From the NCBI RefSeq assembly GCF_018977255.1, contig NW_024704743.1, positions 113,214,001 to 113,278,000 on the forward strand: a stretch of 64,000 nt of DNA, written 5' to 3'. The notes below the pieces were generated by a model. The model worked only from the letters and a program-made list of their open reading frames with translations, was not told where the DNA came from and ran no database searches. Below, piece after piece: positions 51,026 through 64,000 of this stretch. A program made the translations under genes and the position numbers. The stretch's first letter is position 1; the number at the start of each line of letters is the position of its first letter. Origin of the DNA: Callorhinchus milii. Lineage: Eukaryota.

Positions 51026-51599
51026 GGTTTCTTGTCTAAACTGAAGGAAAGAATGCACTAAATTTGACAATTCAAAATAGAAATGTTATAAAAGTGCTGG
51101 TCGAAAATTTAAAAAAGCATAAGTTGGGGAGTTTAAATGTATAGTAACATTAGCTAGAATTTAGCAATTTTTAGCAAATAATTATCCTTGCATTTTGTAC
51201 AGTGCCTTTCAGATCAGGAGGATGTCCCAAAGCGCGCCACATGATTTGCTGTGAAGTGGAGTAACTGTATATTTGTGGGCGAATGTAGTTCTAAACTTTT
51301 TTTATCAAAATATAATAAATGACAGACAAGTGTTTGGCAAGATTAGAGTTGGGATGTGAGGTCCATTATGCTCCTGAAGTGTGCATTGTGTGCAGATAAT
51401 AATACCCTATTTATTGTATATTTCACTAAACAGGCTTCTGTAAAAATCAATATGGCACATCTGGCTTCTTTGAAATCCAGACATGTTTTGTCAGCTTTCT
51501 TTCATATAGATTTACTTGGATTATACAACACGGAAACAGGCCGTTCAGCCAACTCGTACGTGCTGAGATTTTTCTCCACATGAGTTGCCACCCACTTCT

Positions 51600-53220
51600 T
51601 ATTTCCTCAGGTTTGAGATAGGGTGGTAGTGGCCGAGGTTCGAGGGTTCGAGGGTAGGTTTTTTAAGGAGGGGGGTGATGACTGCAGTTTTGAGGGGGAA
51701 AAGGACTGGTCCTGAGGAGAGAGACTGGTTAATAATGTCTGCCAGCAGTGGATAGAGGAGGGGGATCTGAGTGATCAGTGGTTGGTTGGGAGGGGGTCGA
51801 GGCAGCAGGTGATGGGTTTCATTGTGGTGATGGTGGATGAGAGGGAGGAAGGAAAGATGGTAGAAAATGAATGTAGGATGGGGGCCATGGTAAGAGCTGA
51901 AGGCAGGTTGGGTGAATAAGACAGAATGGGGGCGATGGTAGGCAACACGGGGCAAAAGGATGAAGCTGCCAGTCAATTTTAGAGGTAAGGAAGTCCATGA
52001 CCTCTTCGCACTTGGCATTAGATGTGATGATTGAGGGTGCTTGAGGGGGCGCATGGAGGATGTGGTGGGTGGTGGAGAATAGGATTTTGGCTTCCAATAT
52101 GATGTTTGAGTAGTGCGCAATTTTTGCTTGCAACAGGGAGCGGTGATAGGTGTGAAGATGCTCAAGCCACAGCTGGTGGTGAACCGTGAAGTTGGTTTTC
52201 TGCCACCTGCAGTCGAGCAACCGGGTTTGGGATCTTAGGGAGCGGAGATGGTTGTTTTACCAGGAGGAATGGGTGGATTTGGAGACAGTCCTGGATTTCA
52301 GGGGGACGAAGGAGTTGAAGATGCAGGAGAAGTGATCATGGAACAGCTTGACGGCTGCTTCAGGGTCGCTGCGGATGGAAGGCCAGAGGGATAGGAGGTC
52401 TGAGGATGAGAGGACCTCTGCAAGGGTCTCTGGGGGATGCTTTTTCCATGGGCGGAAAGGTACGATTGAGGCCTTGATGGAGGAGAGAGGGATGCGAGAG
52501 GAGAAGGAGATGAGGAAGTGGTCTGAGATGGCCTTGTCTGTTATGCACTGGTCAGAAATATCAAGGCCATGTGTGATGACGAGGTCGAGGGGTGGCCACG
52601 GTTGTGAGTCGGCGAGTTGATGTGGAGGGTGAGGTTTAGGGAGGAGAGGAGGGCAGTGAAATCTAAGGATGTGGTTCAAGGTGAATTTAGGTGGAGGTTG
52701 AAGTCACCCATTATGAGCAGAGGGACAGGGAGAACAGTAGAGATAATGGAGAGGAAGGAGCCAGGTTGTTTGGTGGGGTGTGGTAAACCAGGAGAATTTT
52801 GAATAAGAGAGAGGAAGAATGGTAGAGGGTGAGGTGCTCAAATGAGGAGAAGCAGCCAGAGGAATAAGGGGATAGACCGAGAGAAGCCACCCCACCGTCA
52901 CTTTGGTTTGGGCGGGGGGTGTGGTGGAAGGTGTAGCCAGGGGGGGAGGCTTCAACTAGGGAGCCGTAGTCACTGGGGGAGAACCAGGTTTCTGTAAGCT
53001 CAAGAATATCCATGTGCTCATCCAGGATGAGGTTGTGGATAGTGAGGGCTTTATTGTCGAGGGAGTGGACATTTTGTAGGGAAATGCGAATAAGTTTGCT
53101 AGTGGCAGGCAATGGAGGACAGAGCAGAGGGAGGTAATGGTGGGGTCCAGGAGAGAGAAAAGGTGGGGAGGGTTGTGGGAGTGAAGGACAGAGTGGGAGT
53201 AGTGGATAGAGGGGTATTAG
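51600..53220 (-). mobile_element. L2 LINE ORF2 N-terminal part (APE endonuclease to start of RT), pseudogenised
   Basis: SLQNVHSLDNKALTIHNLILDEHMDILELTETW, LDLVIT, ISDHFLISF and KTAVITPLLKKPTLEPSNLGHYHPISNL, with frameshifts. Confidence 0.9.
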
Positions 53221-53999
53221 GTCAGAACTTCAAGGTAACAGTTCATTTGAGAGCTGAAAGTACATATGTAAGAGCAATAAGGCAGTAGTATGATTGGCAA
53301 GTCTGACTGGTATTCTATCTGGGAAATCAATACAAGATATGCCCATTAGGATTCAGATTCAATACCTTGCTGGGGCTACTGACTGTAAAATATTTTCACT
53401 AACTGGTTCAGTTTATAATATTCATGTGACTCACTACACACTAGAGTTTTGAAAAATATCCACCAGAGAATGCTTTTCAAAGGAGCTACTTGAATACGAT
53501 TCTCAAAGCTAGCATTGGTGGGTGGTGTAGAGTCTGTTGATCGCAATGATTGCCTCAACCTCTGGGACAGTCAGGGTTTGCAGTAATGAAAAGGAAAATA
53601 GATTAATCATAACTGAGGTCTTCAGGTGTCAAGTTCTAAATACTGTATGTCAAACTCTAGATGGGAGCTGGATTTGACAGACATGTTGCTCGCCAGTTTT
53701 CCTGTGAAATCTGTGAAATACATTTAAAAACTATTTTAGTAATGAGAAATGAATGGTGTAATTATTTTTTCTTAATAAACCATTAGAGGGTACAATTCCA
53801 CCTGGGTCTTTTAAGAACCACAAAAAAAAGCTTGGAAAATTAATATTGAATTCAACAATCTGGCAAATTCTGAATCCTCTGAAATGCTACGTAAATTGAG
53901 ATGTCTCAAAGACGTGATAAGGCGCTATATCAAATTCAAGGATTGTTATTATTACAATAAATGTAGATGCTAGTGAGATTTTACCCCAGAGATTTGCCT

Positions 54000-54325
54000 T
54001 TGATTCCCGGGCAGGGCGAAACGTTGGGCAAGTTTCCTTACTCCACACGCCTGTGTTTACCGAGCAGTAAATAGGAACACGGTTATTAGTCTGTTGGCAG
54101 ATCGCTTTTCTGGGGGTAATAATCCCTTCACAAAAATGAATAATAATAATAATTTGATCACTCAATCCACAAATCTTTGTGGCACGCTGCTGTGAGCAAT
54201 TGGCTGCTGCATTTCGCCCACTAAATGTACAGTCAATTCACTTTACAGTATATTCTGTGAAGCGCTTTGAGATGTCTCGAAGACGTGATAAGGTGCTATA
54301 TCAAATGCAAGGTTTATTATTATTA
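54000..54325 (+). mobile_element. tRNA-SINE, long subfamily, 5'-truncated
   Basis: Starts at the B box GATTCCCGGGCAGGGCGAAAC; internal segment, body and tail present. Confidence 0.88.
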
Positions 54326-54569
54326 AAATGACTAAACAGAGAACTTCCCTCTTTCGTTAGTTTTCAAACTGAAAGCGATATCTGCAAAGGATTTTTTTGT
54401 AACTTTTTATTTTTCAAAGGCTTTTGAATCAGTAAACAGACACAAGATGAAAGGCTGACAGACGCAGATCTCTGTGGCACTGCTTTGTGAAGGTGCTCAG
54501 ATTGGTGTGGGATGGGGTTGATTTGCTTAAGGACAGGGCAGACTGCTCTAGTTTTTCACAGGATCACAA

Positions 54570-54900
54570 GATAGGTTTGAATGAAGAAGGCCCTTTGGTC
54601 CATTTGATCTCATCCTTCCAAAATATCTAACTTGCCGTTCTCCCATCGGAGCATCAAGCTGTTTTTTTAAACCCGTATCTTAGCCTCAAACAGCCTTCTG
54701 GATAACCTGTTATTGTCATTAATTACCCTCTGAATAAAGAAATACTTCCTGAGTCAATTAACACCTCTAGACCCCACACCTCATCTCTTTCAGCTTCCTG
54801 TTTGGCAAGTTTTAATGTATCCATTTTAGTACATGTGTCTCCTATTCTTATTTCCTATATTCAATACCTTACATTTATTTGTATTCGACTTGACACTCAT
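54570..54900 (-). mobile_element. Ancient CR1 relic
   Basis: NTNKCKVLNIGNKNRRHMY resembles CR1 FNxxKCKVMHIG; degraded 3' end similar to 50080-50300 and 5310-5520. Confidence 0.5.
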
Positions 54901-56419
54901 CACACCATGTGCATACCCTATTAATCTCTGTTTGTAAGAACATGCCCGTCTCTTCTGATCCCACAGTTCACTCCAACTCACCTTCCCCCCCTTGCTTGGT
55001 GTGCAATCTCTTCCTTTTAAAGTACTCTGAGATATTACTCTATGTGAAACCCACTGCATGTTGTTGTGATCCCCAAATTTGACTGCCTTGCACTGCCTCT
55101 GTGAATCCAATTATTCATGTATACAAGGAACAGTTCTCTGAGGTATCCTGTCTAATACCTTTATGAATGATTGAAACCTTCTTCCAGTTAAATATAGTTC
55201 TGGAAGGCAGAGTGCTGGAACATCAAATAATCCACAAAACTGTGAGACGCTGCTGCTTAAGGTACATCAGGAGGGATAAAGACGTTCCTCACAATCATTG
55301 TAGGAATAGCAAAAATGCTACCGAGTCAATAATAAAAATTGGAATTTATTTTTGAAATTCCTGTGAAGCTCCATTATCTCTTTGAAGTAAGGCATCAATT
55401 TTGAGCCAACCAACTGAGCCAGACTGACACATAAATACACTATAAATATAATGGGAACAAATCTTTACTGGATTTTCTACTGCAGGCTATTTTAACCACT
55501 TGGATTGTCTGTTAATTGGCCAGAGATTTAGAAAGAACTATTGTTTATGTGAATGAAAAGCTAGATTACATGATCAGCTTTCTAATATCATCAAACAACA
55601 GAACCTGGATTTTGGTACTTTGCATGTGCTGTTTATGATGGACAGTCTTCTTCTTGTGTTGATGAACATATGTGATTTTTCACCAAAGGATGTTTTCATT
55701 GTTGATTGCTGTTGCCAGTTGATGCATTAATCCTTGTTCCCCAATGGATGATGCACTGTCAGCAACAGCTCATAGTGTTAACCCAGTTAATTATTCAGGT
55801 GGTACTGATTGGTTTTAATTTTAGGTACAGAGGCCTATTATTTGCACAAACTGATTTGATTATCTTTTTGACTGCATTTTGGTTGATCTTTCCTCTAGCC
55901 CCTCCTGCTCGGGCTCCCACTCAGTTATGTTAAGTGCTTTGAGACGTCCTCCCAATGTAAAAGGCGTTTATGTAAATTGCTGTTACATTGAATTGCCGTG
56001 ATTTATTTTCCACAGTATGCACACAAGCTTCAAAATGTAGGATTGCCCAATTTTTTTTCTGTTTTGTATTCTTCTTTCAGAGGTTCTCGAAGGTTATTTG
56101 ACAACAAATCAAAACACTAAGTACACTTGTCAGAAATTGGTAAATAAAGATTTCAAAACTCAAATCGTGACAGATACTCGTTGAAAGCTGCTGCACATCT
56201 ACTGTGCACAGTTGGCTACTGCTTTTCGCCCACAAAATATACACTATATTCTGTGAAGCACTTTGAGACATCTCAGCGATATGATAAGATGCTATATCAA
56301 ATACAAGGATTGGCTAATGTGGTGTTCAGCTGAACACAGAGACCAATAATGTCCCATTGTCTATGAAAATCAAGATAATATTAACCAAGGAGGTAACAAT
56401 ATTCCATAATTGGGGCTCA

Positions 56420-56760
56420 GAACGCCTGGGCAATGGAGAGTGATAATCAGCCAGGGTTCTCATCCAATGATTCCTGCTACATAGGGTGTAGGAAAGGGTG
56501 TTAGAATTAAGACGAGCTCAGCCTCTACTATGATTCTACCATTGTCAAAAAAACGGTCAATACTCATTGTCTTGTCTCACATTTGTATTAGTTTTTAGTC
56601 TCACATTAGTTATTTCAGTTATCACCACTCACACCCCACCTCCCCAGGTACAGGTAAGGTCTGGAACAGCACTGGGTAATGTAGACTGTAAGACAACTGC
56701 TTTGAATTCCAGTCAATGCTGAGTTAGCTGATCTTAGTTAGAGAGATAGTTAGGTTGCTA
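56420..56760 (+). mobile_element. Ancient SINE relic, possibly LmeSINE1-like
   Basis: AATCAGCCAGGGTTC, ATACTCATTGTCTTGTCTCACA and TGCTGAGTTAGCTGATCT recall that consensus; related piece near 59110-59195. Confidence 0.35.
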
Positions 56761-56814
56761 CAATTGTTTCAGTATCCTCAAACCTGGAAAGGAAAATATG
56801 CTCTGAAACTCCAT

Positions 56815-57032
56815 CCAGAACAACTTCACTTCGCCCCTTCCCTCTCCTCCTTCAAGGTCCACCTCAAGACCTTCCTCTTTGATTACGCCTTCGGTCATCT
56901 TCCCACCCCATTTCCTTTGGCCCTCACACCTCCTGAATCCAACTCCAAATTGGGTGAAAACTCTCAATTGTCCAGTGCCTTGGGACATCCTCCTGCATGA
57001 AAAGAGCACCATACATGGAATTTGTTGTTGTT
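56815..57032 (+). mobile_element. L2 LINE 3' fragment
   Basis: APSLSSFKVHLKTFLFDYAF; (GTT)n tail. Confidence 0.85.
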
Positions 57033-57559
57033 GATAAATAGCACGTTTCTTCCATTCCACTGTAACTCCCCAAGGAACACTTCTACATTTGTGCCAGAGA
57101 TGCTAAATTGCGCAGCATCACCTCTGAGACCAGGTTTTGAATTCAATCCAGTTCGGATGAACAGGTCCTTTATGGGAAATACTATAAACAGCATCAATCC
57201 AGTTCCTACTCTACATAAACCTACAGCAAAAAAAAATTCTGATATGTGTTAAAAGTGGCAATTTCACCCTGGTGCGTATTGAATGAGATTGGGATTAAAG
57301 CACAAGGGTTGCTGAGTAGAACGTTGACTGTTTTCAGTATCTGACCTGTGTTATATATGGTTACAGGTGCTTGATTGATTAAAAAGGAAGGTTGCTGCAG
57401 ACTGAATTATGATGATCAATCATCAAAACGATGAATTGAATTCACAAAACCATTTTGATAACAATAAATGCAGTTTGAAGCTTGGGGGCAGGGGCAGGAG
57501 TAAACTGAAATTCAAAGTTATCAACTACCTACACTCAGTCCCTCCTGCCAGTTAGCTGA

Positions 57560-57830
57560 AGAATAGAAATGAGAGAATCCTAAGCAGTTTGAAGGCCTCC
57601 AGCCTATTTGATCATTATTTGTAGTACATACCTCTTACACTAGGGATCATCCACGTCATTCTCCTCTGCAGTACTTCAAGGGCTTTCTCATATTGAGGCA
57701 ACCGAGAACTATACCCAGTACTCAAGCTTCCTTTTTATCTTGTTTATTGCTGCCACACATTTAGACATGGTATCTTTACTTCCTATATGCTCTTCTTTGT
57801 ATTCGACTGAATGAACTTCAGTTGCCAGGT
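57560..57830 (-). mobile_element. Ancient CR1 relic
   Basis: MSKCVAAINK...LEYWV resembles CR1 post-RT motifs. Confidence 0.45.
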
Positions 57831-58711
57831 GCTTGTTGAACTCTTTTTGTAAGACAGCCTCTTCTGATTCTACAATCATTGTCTCGTCTAGGAGCCATCT
57901 GCAAATTGTATTGCATTGCACTGAATCTTCAAATCCATGTCAATGATGTAATAATATAATAATAATCCTTGCATTTGATATAGAGCTTTTCACATCTTCT
58001 AGATGTCTCAAAGCGCTTCACAGAATATGTATTCAAGGAATAGGAAGGGTCTCTTCACCCATGAGGCACCTGACCCAGTATCCACTTCATCTCCGATCCG
58101 ATGTTATACATCAGCAATTTTGTGCTACCTTTCAACTTACATGACGTGCAATAATTCCATTTTAACAGATAATCAGATGGCTGGCCTTCATGGAAAAGGG
58201 AAGAAACTCAATAGCAACAACAACTTGCATTTATATAGTGCCCTTCATGTGTCTCGGAGTGCCGTCTATCATGAAGGAACTCAAAAGGAAGCATATTATT
58301 ATATATACATATAATTATAGGACAACAAATACCTCTAAGTAAATTTAAGACATTAATCCAATTTAAGGGTTCAGAAGAAGTTAATAAACCACTTGAGATT
58401 TGGTCTTATGGTCTATGATGTCATCTAGACCTTTGGATTGGATTAGTGGCTGGTAATTCACTTATTTATTTGGCTTTGAACTACAAATATACAGTCAATT
58501 CACTTTATAGCTTTGAGACGTCTCAACGATGTGATGAGGCACTATATCAAATAAAAGGATTATTATTATTAGTACTTGTGATCAGTTCAGAGAGTTGCTT
58601 CGCAAATACAGTCATGCTTCTATTGCTTGCAATTTGCCCCATTTACATCCGGGGGCAGAGCTTCAGGCACAAGTGGCAACAGAAATACATTTGTGTGTGT
58701 GGCAGCCTGGA

Positions 58712-59063
58712 CCACTCGTCTTGCAAGCGAGAGGACCTGGGTTAGATTCCCGGGCAGGGCAAAACCTTGGGTAAGTTTTGTTACTCTACATGCCTCTGTT
58801 TACCTAGCAGTAAGAAGAAACTCACTTGTTAGTCGATTAGCGGATCACTTTTCTGGGGATAATAATCCCTCCCAATTAAATAAATAATAATAATTGGGTC
58901 ACTCAATCCACGACTGTTTGTGGAACACTGCTGTGCGCAATTGGCTTCTTCGTTTGGCCCGCAAAATATAAGTCACTACACTTTACAGTATATCCTGTGA
59001 AGCGCTTTGAAACGTCTTAACGATGTGATAAGGTGCTATATCAAATGAAAGGATTATTATTAT
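58712..59063 (+). mobile_element. tRNA-SINE, long subfamily
   Basis: Partial head, internal segment, body and tail. Confidence 0.87.
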
Positions 59064-59720
59064 TTGCACATTTTTCCTTTTTTACCCTTTTAACATGTCA
59101 GATGTGATGCCTGCTGACACTCACTGCCATTGCGCCTGCAAAGGTCACTTGTGTGGGGTACAGGAGGGCAGCCAATGTCCACAGAACAACACCCAAGTAA
59201 TAATCCCCTCTCTCGGCTGCCACATACGCACATGATAAGTAGAGGGTGCTGCAGAGGGACCAGCAGTAGAAACCAGGTTGGTTCTTCCCTCCCTATCTCT
59301 GGTAAGACTGAGGTCAACCCCAGAAGAGACCAAGCAAGAGCAGACCACCAGGAGTTGACAGACAAGAGAAAAATAGAAAATAATTGACACATTTAATTTT
59401 CTAAAAAATAATTTGAGCAGCCTTCATGAATTACCTTTAAGTGGAGGATGACAACAACTAAAGTGACAATAAATTCTTCGGCACACAATTACCATTTTCA
59501 CTCAAGAGATTTCTGGCAATAATTGGTATGGGAACTGTAATTCCCATTTTGACTAAAGCACAGATGAGGTTTAGGTCAGAGTTTTAAACCCCAGTTGGGA
59601 CATTGAGCTCATAATCTAGGCTGACACATGAGGGCCGTCCTAGAGAGGCACTGTGCTGTCAGAGGTTCCATCCTTCGCATGAAATGTTAAATTTGAGGTC
59701 CTATCTGCCTGTTCAGGTGG

Positions 59721-60053
59721 ATAATAATAATAATAATAATAATAATCGTAGCATTTGATATAGCGCGTTTCACGTCGAGAGGACGTCCCAAAGCGCTTCA
59801 CAGAACACACTGAAAAGTGAATTAACTGTATATATTTGTGGGTGTACACGGCAGCCAATTGCGCACAGCAATGTCCCACAAACAGTCGTAGATTGAAAAT
59901 GACCAATTTATTATTGTTTTTGGTTTTGGAGGGATTATTATTATGCTCTGTGTGGAGTAAGGAAACTTGCCCAAGGTTTGGCCCTGCCTGGAATTGAACT
60001 CAGGTCTCTCGCTTGCAAAGCGAGTGTTCTAACCACTGAGCTACAGGATTCAC
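59721..60053 (-). mobile_element. Young SINE, short subfamily, full length
   Basis: Reverse complement is near-identical to 708-1026. Confidence 0.92.
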
Positions 60054-60541
60054 CCTCGCTCGCCTCCACTGGCTCCCCATCCCCCAGAGGATTGATTTCA
60101 AGATCCTCATCCTCACCTACAAGGCCATTCACGGCCTTGCTCCCTCCTACCTCTCCAACCTACTATCCCCCTACCTACCTGCCCGTACCCTCCGTTCCTC
60201 TGGCTCCGGTCTGCTCCACGTCCCCCGCCCCAACCGCCCTACCATCGGTGGTCGGGCCTTCAGCCTCTCAGCCCCCAGGCTCTGGAACTCCATCCCCCAG
60301 TGCCTTCGCCTTGCTTCTTCCCTTTCCTCCTTCAAGGCCGGTCTCAAAACCTTTCTCTTTGACCGTGCCTTCAGCTCCCCTCTCGACTCTCTTCCCCTCC
60401 TCGCTCCCTCCCTTCCCTCCCCTCACCCTGACCATTTCCCCCCTGCTCGGGTCATGACCCAACTGTGCAGCGCCTTGGGACGTCCTCCTGACGTGAAAGG
60501 CGCTTTATAAATGGAATCTTGTTGTTGTTGTTGTTGTTGTT
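60051..60541 (+). mobile_element. Young 5'-truncated L2 LINE
   Basis: Highly similar to the reverse complement of 16626-17110; (GTT)n tail. Confidence 0.93.
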
Positions 60542-61864
60542 AAAGATCTCATGGCACTGTTGGAAAAGAGAGGGGTTGTTTCTCCCGGTCTCCATGCCAA
60601 CAATCCCTCATATAAAATCAGTCACTTGCCCCTTCCTTCCACATTTTCAGGTTGCGCCTGAAGACCTTCCCATTCGACTGTGCCTACGGTCACCTCCCCC
60701 TCCCTCTGGCTCGGAGTTGTGCTCCGCCACTGTCAAGCGCTCTGGGACGCTACCCTCCATGAGGGACATTATACAAATGCAAGTTTTGTTGTTGTTTGTG
60801 GGATATTGTTGTGCACAAAATTCATTGTTGCATTCACCTGCAAATAGACAAGTTACTGCACTTTACAGTAAATCCTGTGCTTTGAGATGTTTTGAAAACC
60901 ATGGTATGGTAAGGTGCTATATCAAACAAATATTATTTGTACTCTGCAACTGACAATAGATGTGTTTGACAATGATACTGGGTGCAATATTTCATTTAAT
61001 TGCCCAGATCTGATATCAAATATCTTAAATTTACTGCCCAAATAATGTATGTACACAGTAAATAAGGGAGCAAAAGCCAGCTATGGAATTAAGTTTCAAG
61101 CTATCTATCTTAGTCACAAGCAGTAAAATAATTTTTTTTCAACACAAGGATTTCAGTAAAGCTGTGGGATACGTAATGTCTGAGGATTGGTGCTGTAAGA
61201 ATGGCAGCAGTGTGCCGCAGTACCAGTAAATAGATTTCTTTTGACGAGAAAATTGAAGCTTTGCATAACATCTGTTTTTAGAAAAACAACAGCTGTTAAG
61301 TCTGCCTTAATTTTTCTCTACACCTTCAGGTCCCTACCTCAAATGTTAAAAGATCTTTTGAGGATGTTCATTGTTAATAAACATTCTTGTCCATCACTTA
61401 TGGTGACCTTTCTGGTTAGAAGCTGCACATTTTCAACCAATCTAAATACTGCAAGTCCCTCATCTACAGATTCAAGTGCCAACATCTCTGTGACTAAATG
61501 GCACTAAAACAGTTCACTATGATGATATGTAAATGAAAACCTTATTATAATAATCAAAATTAGATGCTGTCCATCAGTCTATGCACTTCTAATACCAAAG
61601 CGTAGAAATATCAACACAAGAGACCATATGATTCATTATAGCTGTGGCTTGCAAGTTCCTAATTGAAACAATCTACTAATTTCATTTTTCCATTCTTTTC
61701 CACATTCTTATATATTCCCTTTACTTACGTCTGTTTATCTAATTTCCTTTTTAAACGCCACTATGTACACGTCTAATACTGATGTGGCATTAAGAGGTTT
61801 GCAGAGCTCAATCCCATTTCTCCACACATAATGATTTCAATGTGCTATTTGCAATATGCAATAT

Positions 61865-62203
61865 GCTCCTCTGGCCTCCTCTCTCCTCAAAATAGTGCCC
61901 GTTGTCTTCGTTCCACCGGGTCTGGCTTCCTCCTTGTCCCCCGAGTCCTCCGCTCCACCCTCGGTGGCCGTGCCTTCAACCACTGTGCCCCGAGGCTCTG
62001 GAACTGCCTTCCTCACTCCCTTCGCTTTGTCCCCTCTCTTCCTATTTTTAGGTCTTGGCTGAAGACCTTTCTTTTCGACCGCGTCTTTGGCCACCTTCCT
62101 CCCCCTCCCCCTGGCTTGGCCCCGGGATCCGTTACTGTGAAGCGCTCTGAGACGCCGTCCGGCATGGAGGGCGCTATATAAATCCAAGTTGTTGTTGTTG
62201 TTG
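61865..62203 (+). mobile_element. L2 LINE 3' fragment, second subfamily
   Basis: LRSTGSGFLLVPRVLRSTLGGRAFNHCAPRLWNCLP; closely matches the reverse complement of 29637-29965; tail GAGACGCCGTCCGGCATGGAGGGCGC followed by (GTT)n. Confidence 0.9.
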
Positions 62204-64000
62204 TACATTTCAATTGTCAATAGGTATAGTAACTTTACTGCAAAAATACAATCTTTGAAAAGTGAAGGATAAACAAGAAGACAACTATGAGTCTTATATA
62301 GGTGACAACATATTTAATATGATGATTTTTGCTCCTCTGGAGTTTCTAACTTATTTAAATTCACCATTCAATTAAATTTATTGCTCACGATAGTTCAAGT
62401 TGTTCCTATTAAAATTCTGTTCTTCCACCAACTTATCTTCAAACCAACCCAAAAAGGGCTTTCTTTCAAGCATAAATGCCTAAGGCTGGGAGGTATAGTG
62501 CTATTGGTTAACCTTGTGGAATTTAGCCTCATCTGGTTGAAGACTTGGGACACTTTAATACAGCAAGCGAAGAGAAAGCCAATGTTTGGAAACAAAAATT
62601 ATGTTAAAAGAATAGGAATCTTTACGACTTCCTGGGTACATTGTTCAAGGTATGTAATGTGCCTGCTAAAAAAAAAATAACAATAATTCCATTTAGCAAC
62701 CAGAGGCTGTTGTGCAGAACAAGCATTAGAGCATTTCTAGATATTTGCATGAAATGTATATTCGTCCACAAATATACAGTCAATTCACTTACAGCCTATT
62801 CTGTAAAGCCCTTTGAGACGTCTAGAAGACGTGAAAAAGCGATATATCAAATGCAAGGATTATTATTATATTATAAATGCCATTTTAGGAGTTGGACTGA
62901 CACAGCAGCATTTGCTTTGGTAAGGAAAACTTGTGCAGTGTCAACTGGCCACATGGCCAGCAGAAGGCATCACTGTTTCACAGTTATTCAGCACATGGGA
63001 TATCAGACTACATACTACAAACCTACTAGTGCTTGCCATTCAGTGGACAGTGCACATTTTTCCCACTTTCTTCATCGTCAGTGCGTTTCAGCTCAGATGG
63101 GTTGCAAAGGAAAAAAAAAGTATTTCCAGCAAGGTATTTCCTTTGTCTTCACTGACTTTGTCTTTACTCCTGGCTGACAATTGGCAGTGGTGCAAGAAAT
63201 CATCTGGTGTGATGGTAATCATGTGTTCCATGCATGTGTACAATGTTGGTGAAGCGTAAAACCAAACTAAAGGCAACAGAATTTGGGAAATGTGCCAGAA
63301 ACAAAGTTGATTGACATTTAACACAGCTCTTGGGCTCCGGTGCAGCTATTAATTTTCAGGCTCAGTTCATTGCAGACTCCGCCAAAATCCTGGGATACAT
63401 GATTGCATCATTTCGCGTATGCAATATGTCACCAGCATTGCTAATGTGCAGAACCAAAGATGGAAAGGAACCAGCATCATATAAAGATTGCAGTGATGTG
63501 AACAGTATTGTCCCACTGTCAGTACCTCCAGCACAAACCTCTGACGATTTTGAGCATCTAGGCAGTCCCCAGACCTACTCTTCTTTGAAAATGTATTTTT
63601 TAAAAAATGATTGCATTTAGTATTGCTGAGTTTCCATTGCAGTACTAGAAATACTAGTATTCAAGATCCAATGGCACTATTTGTAAAGAGAAGGGAGTAT
63701 CGCCCACTGCTGTGACCAACAATATCCCAGATAAAATTAGGTATTCACTCGATAGCTATTTATGGGACATTGCTGTGTGCAAAAACTGGCTGCCATGTTT
63801 GCCTACAAAATACACAATGACGACACTTTAACATTACATCCCGTGTGGTATCCTCCCGGTAATGATAATCACTATATCAAGCGTAAGGATTACGTATTTA
63901 TTTATTTTAGGATTCAAGAAATAGTTATGGTTTGGTATTCAAGGCTATAGCTATGATTGTTGTAAACAGCCATTCCTATATGTTGTGTCCTATATTCTGA

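Larger units (their letters stand above)
59570..60935 (+). mobile_element. Older SacSINE1-like SINE split by younger insertions
   Basis: CATAATCTAGGCTGACAC...CAGGTGGAT ends at 59722; resumes GTTAAAGATCTCATGGCAC at 60539; further L2 piece at about 60630-60795; Deu-like body and tail to about 60935. Confidence 0.75.

Noticed and set aside
61241..61507. Protein-like frames on both strands in unique sequence (also 63330-63620, 7076-7321, 26233-26532)
   Set aside because: No recognisable domain or convincing splice-site pair, and lengths are within chance expectation for 64 kb.
1..64000. CRISPR-like array or prokaryotic operon
   Set aside because: Repeats are dispersed, on both strands and hundreds of bases long, without regular spacers; there is no gene-dense coding structure.

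Overview
Eukaryotic, CpG-depleted, AT-rich, repeat-dense vertebrate DNA (large intron or gene desert). The repeat families resemble shark/chimaera elements (SacSINE1-like Deu-domain SINEs, HER1/CR1 and L2 LINEs), so a cartilaginous fish is inferred, from recalled consensus sequences and not from a database search. I recognise no host protein-coding gene, true tRNA/rRNA gene, CRISPR array or prokaryotic feature. The clearly protein-like ORFs derive from decayed retrotransposons. Contents: about 30 copies or fragments of a young tRNA-headed SINE with an L2-type tail (long and short subfamilies), about 10 older SacSINE1-like copies, many 5'-truncated L2 and CR1 fragments, several MITEs (pogo/Tigger-like, hAT-like, foldback), a decayed Penelope-like GIY-YIG relic and the 3' end of a CCHC zinc-knuckle LINE. 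I cannot support a new biological system. The best leads are repeated head-to-head composites of two different retroelements with both tails facing outward, and a SINE 3' stem-loop whose loop tracks that of the partner L2. Boundaries of old repeats are approximate.
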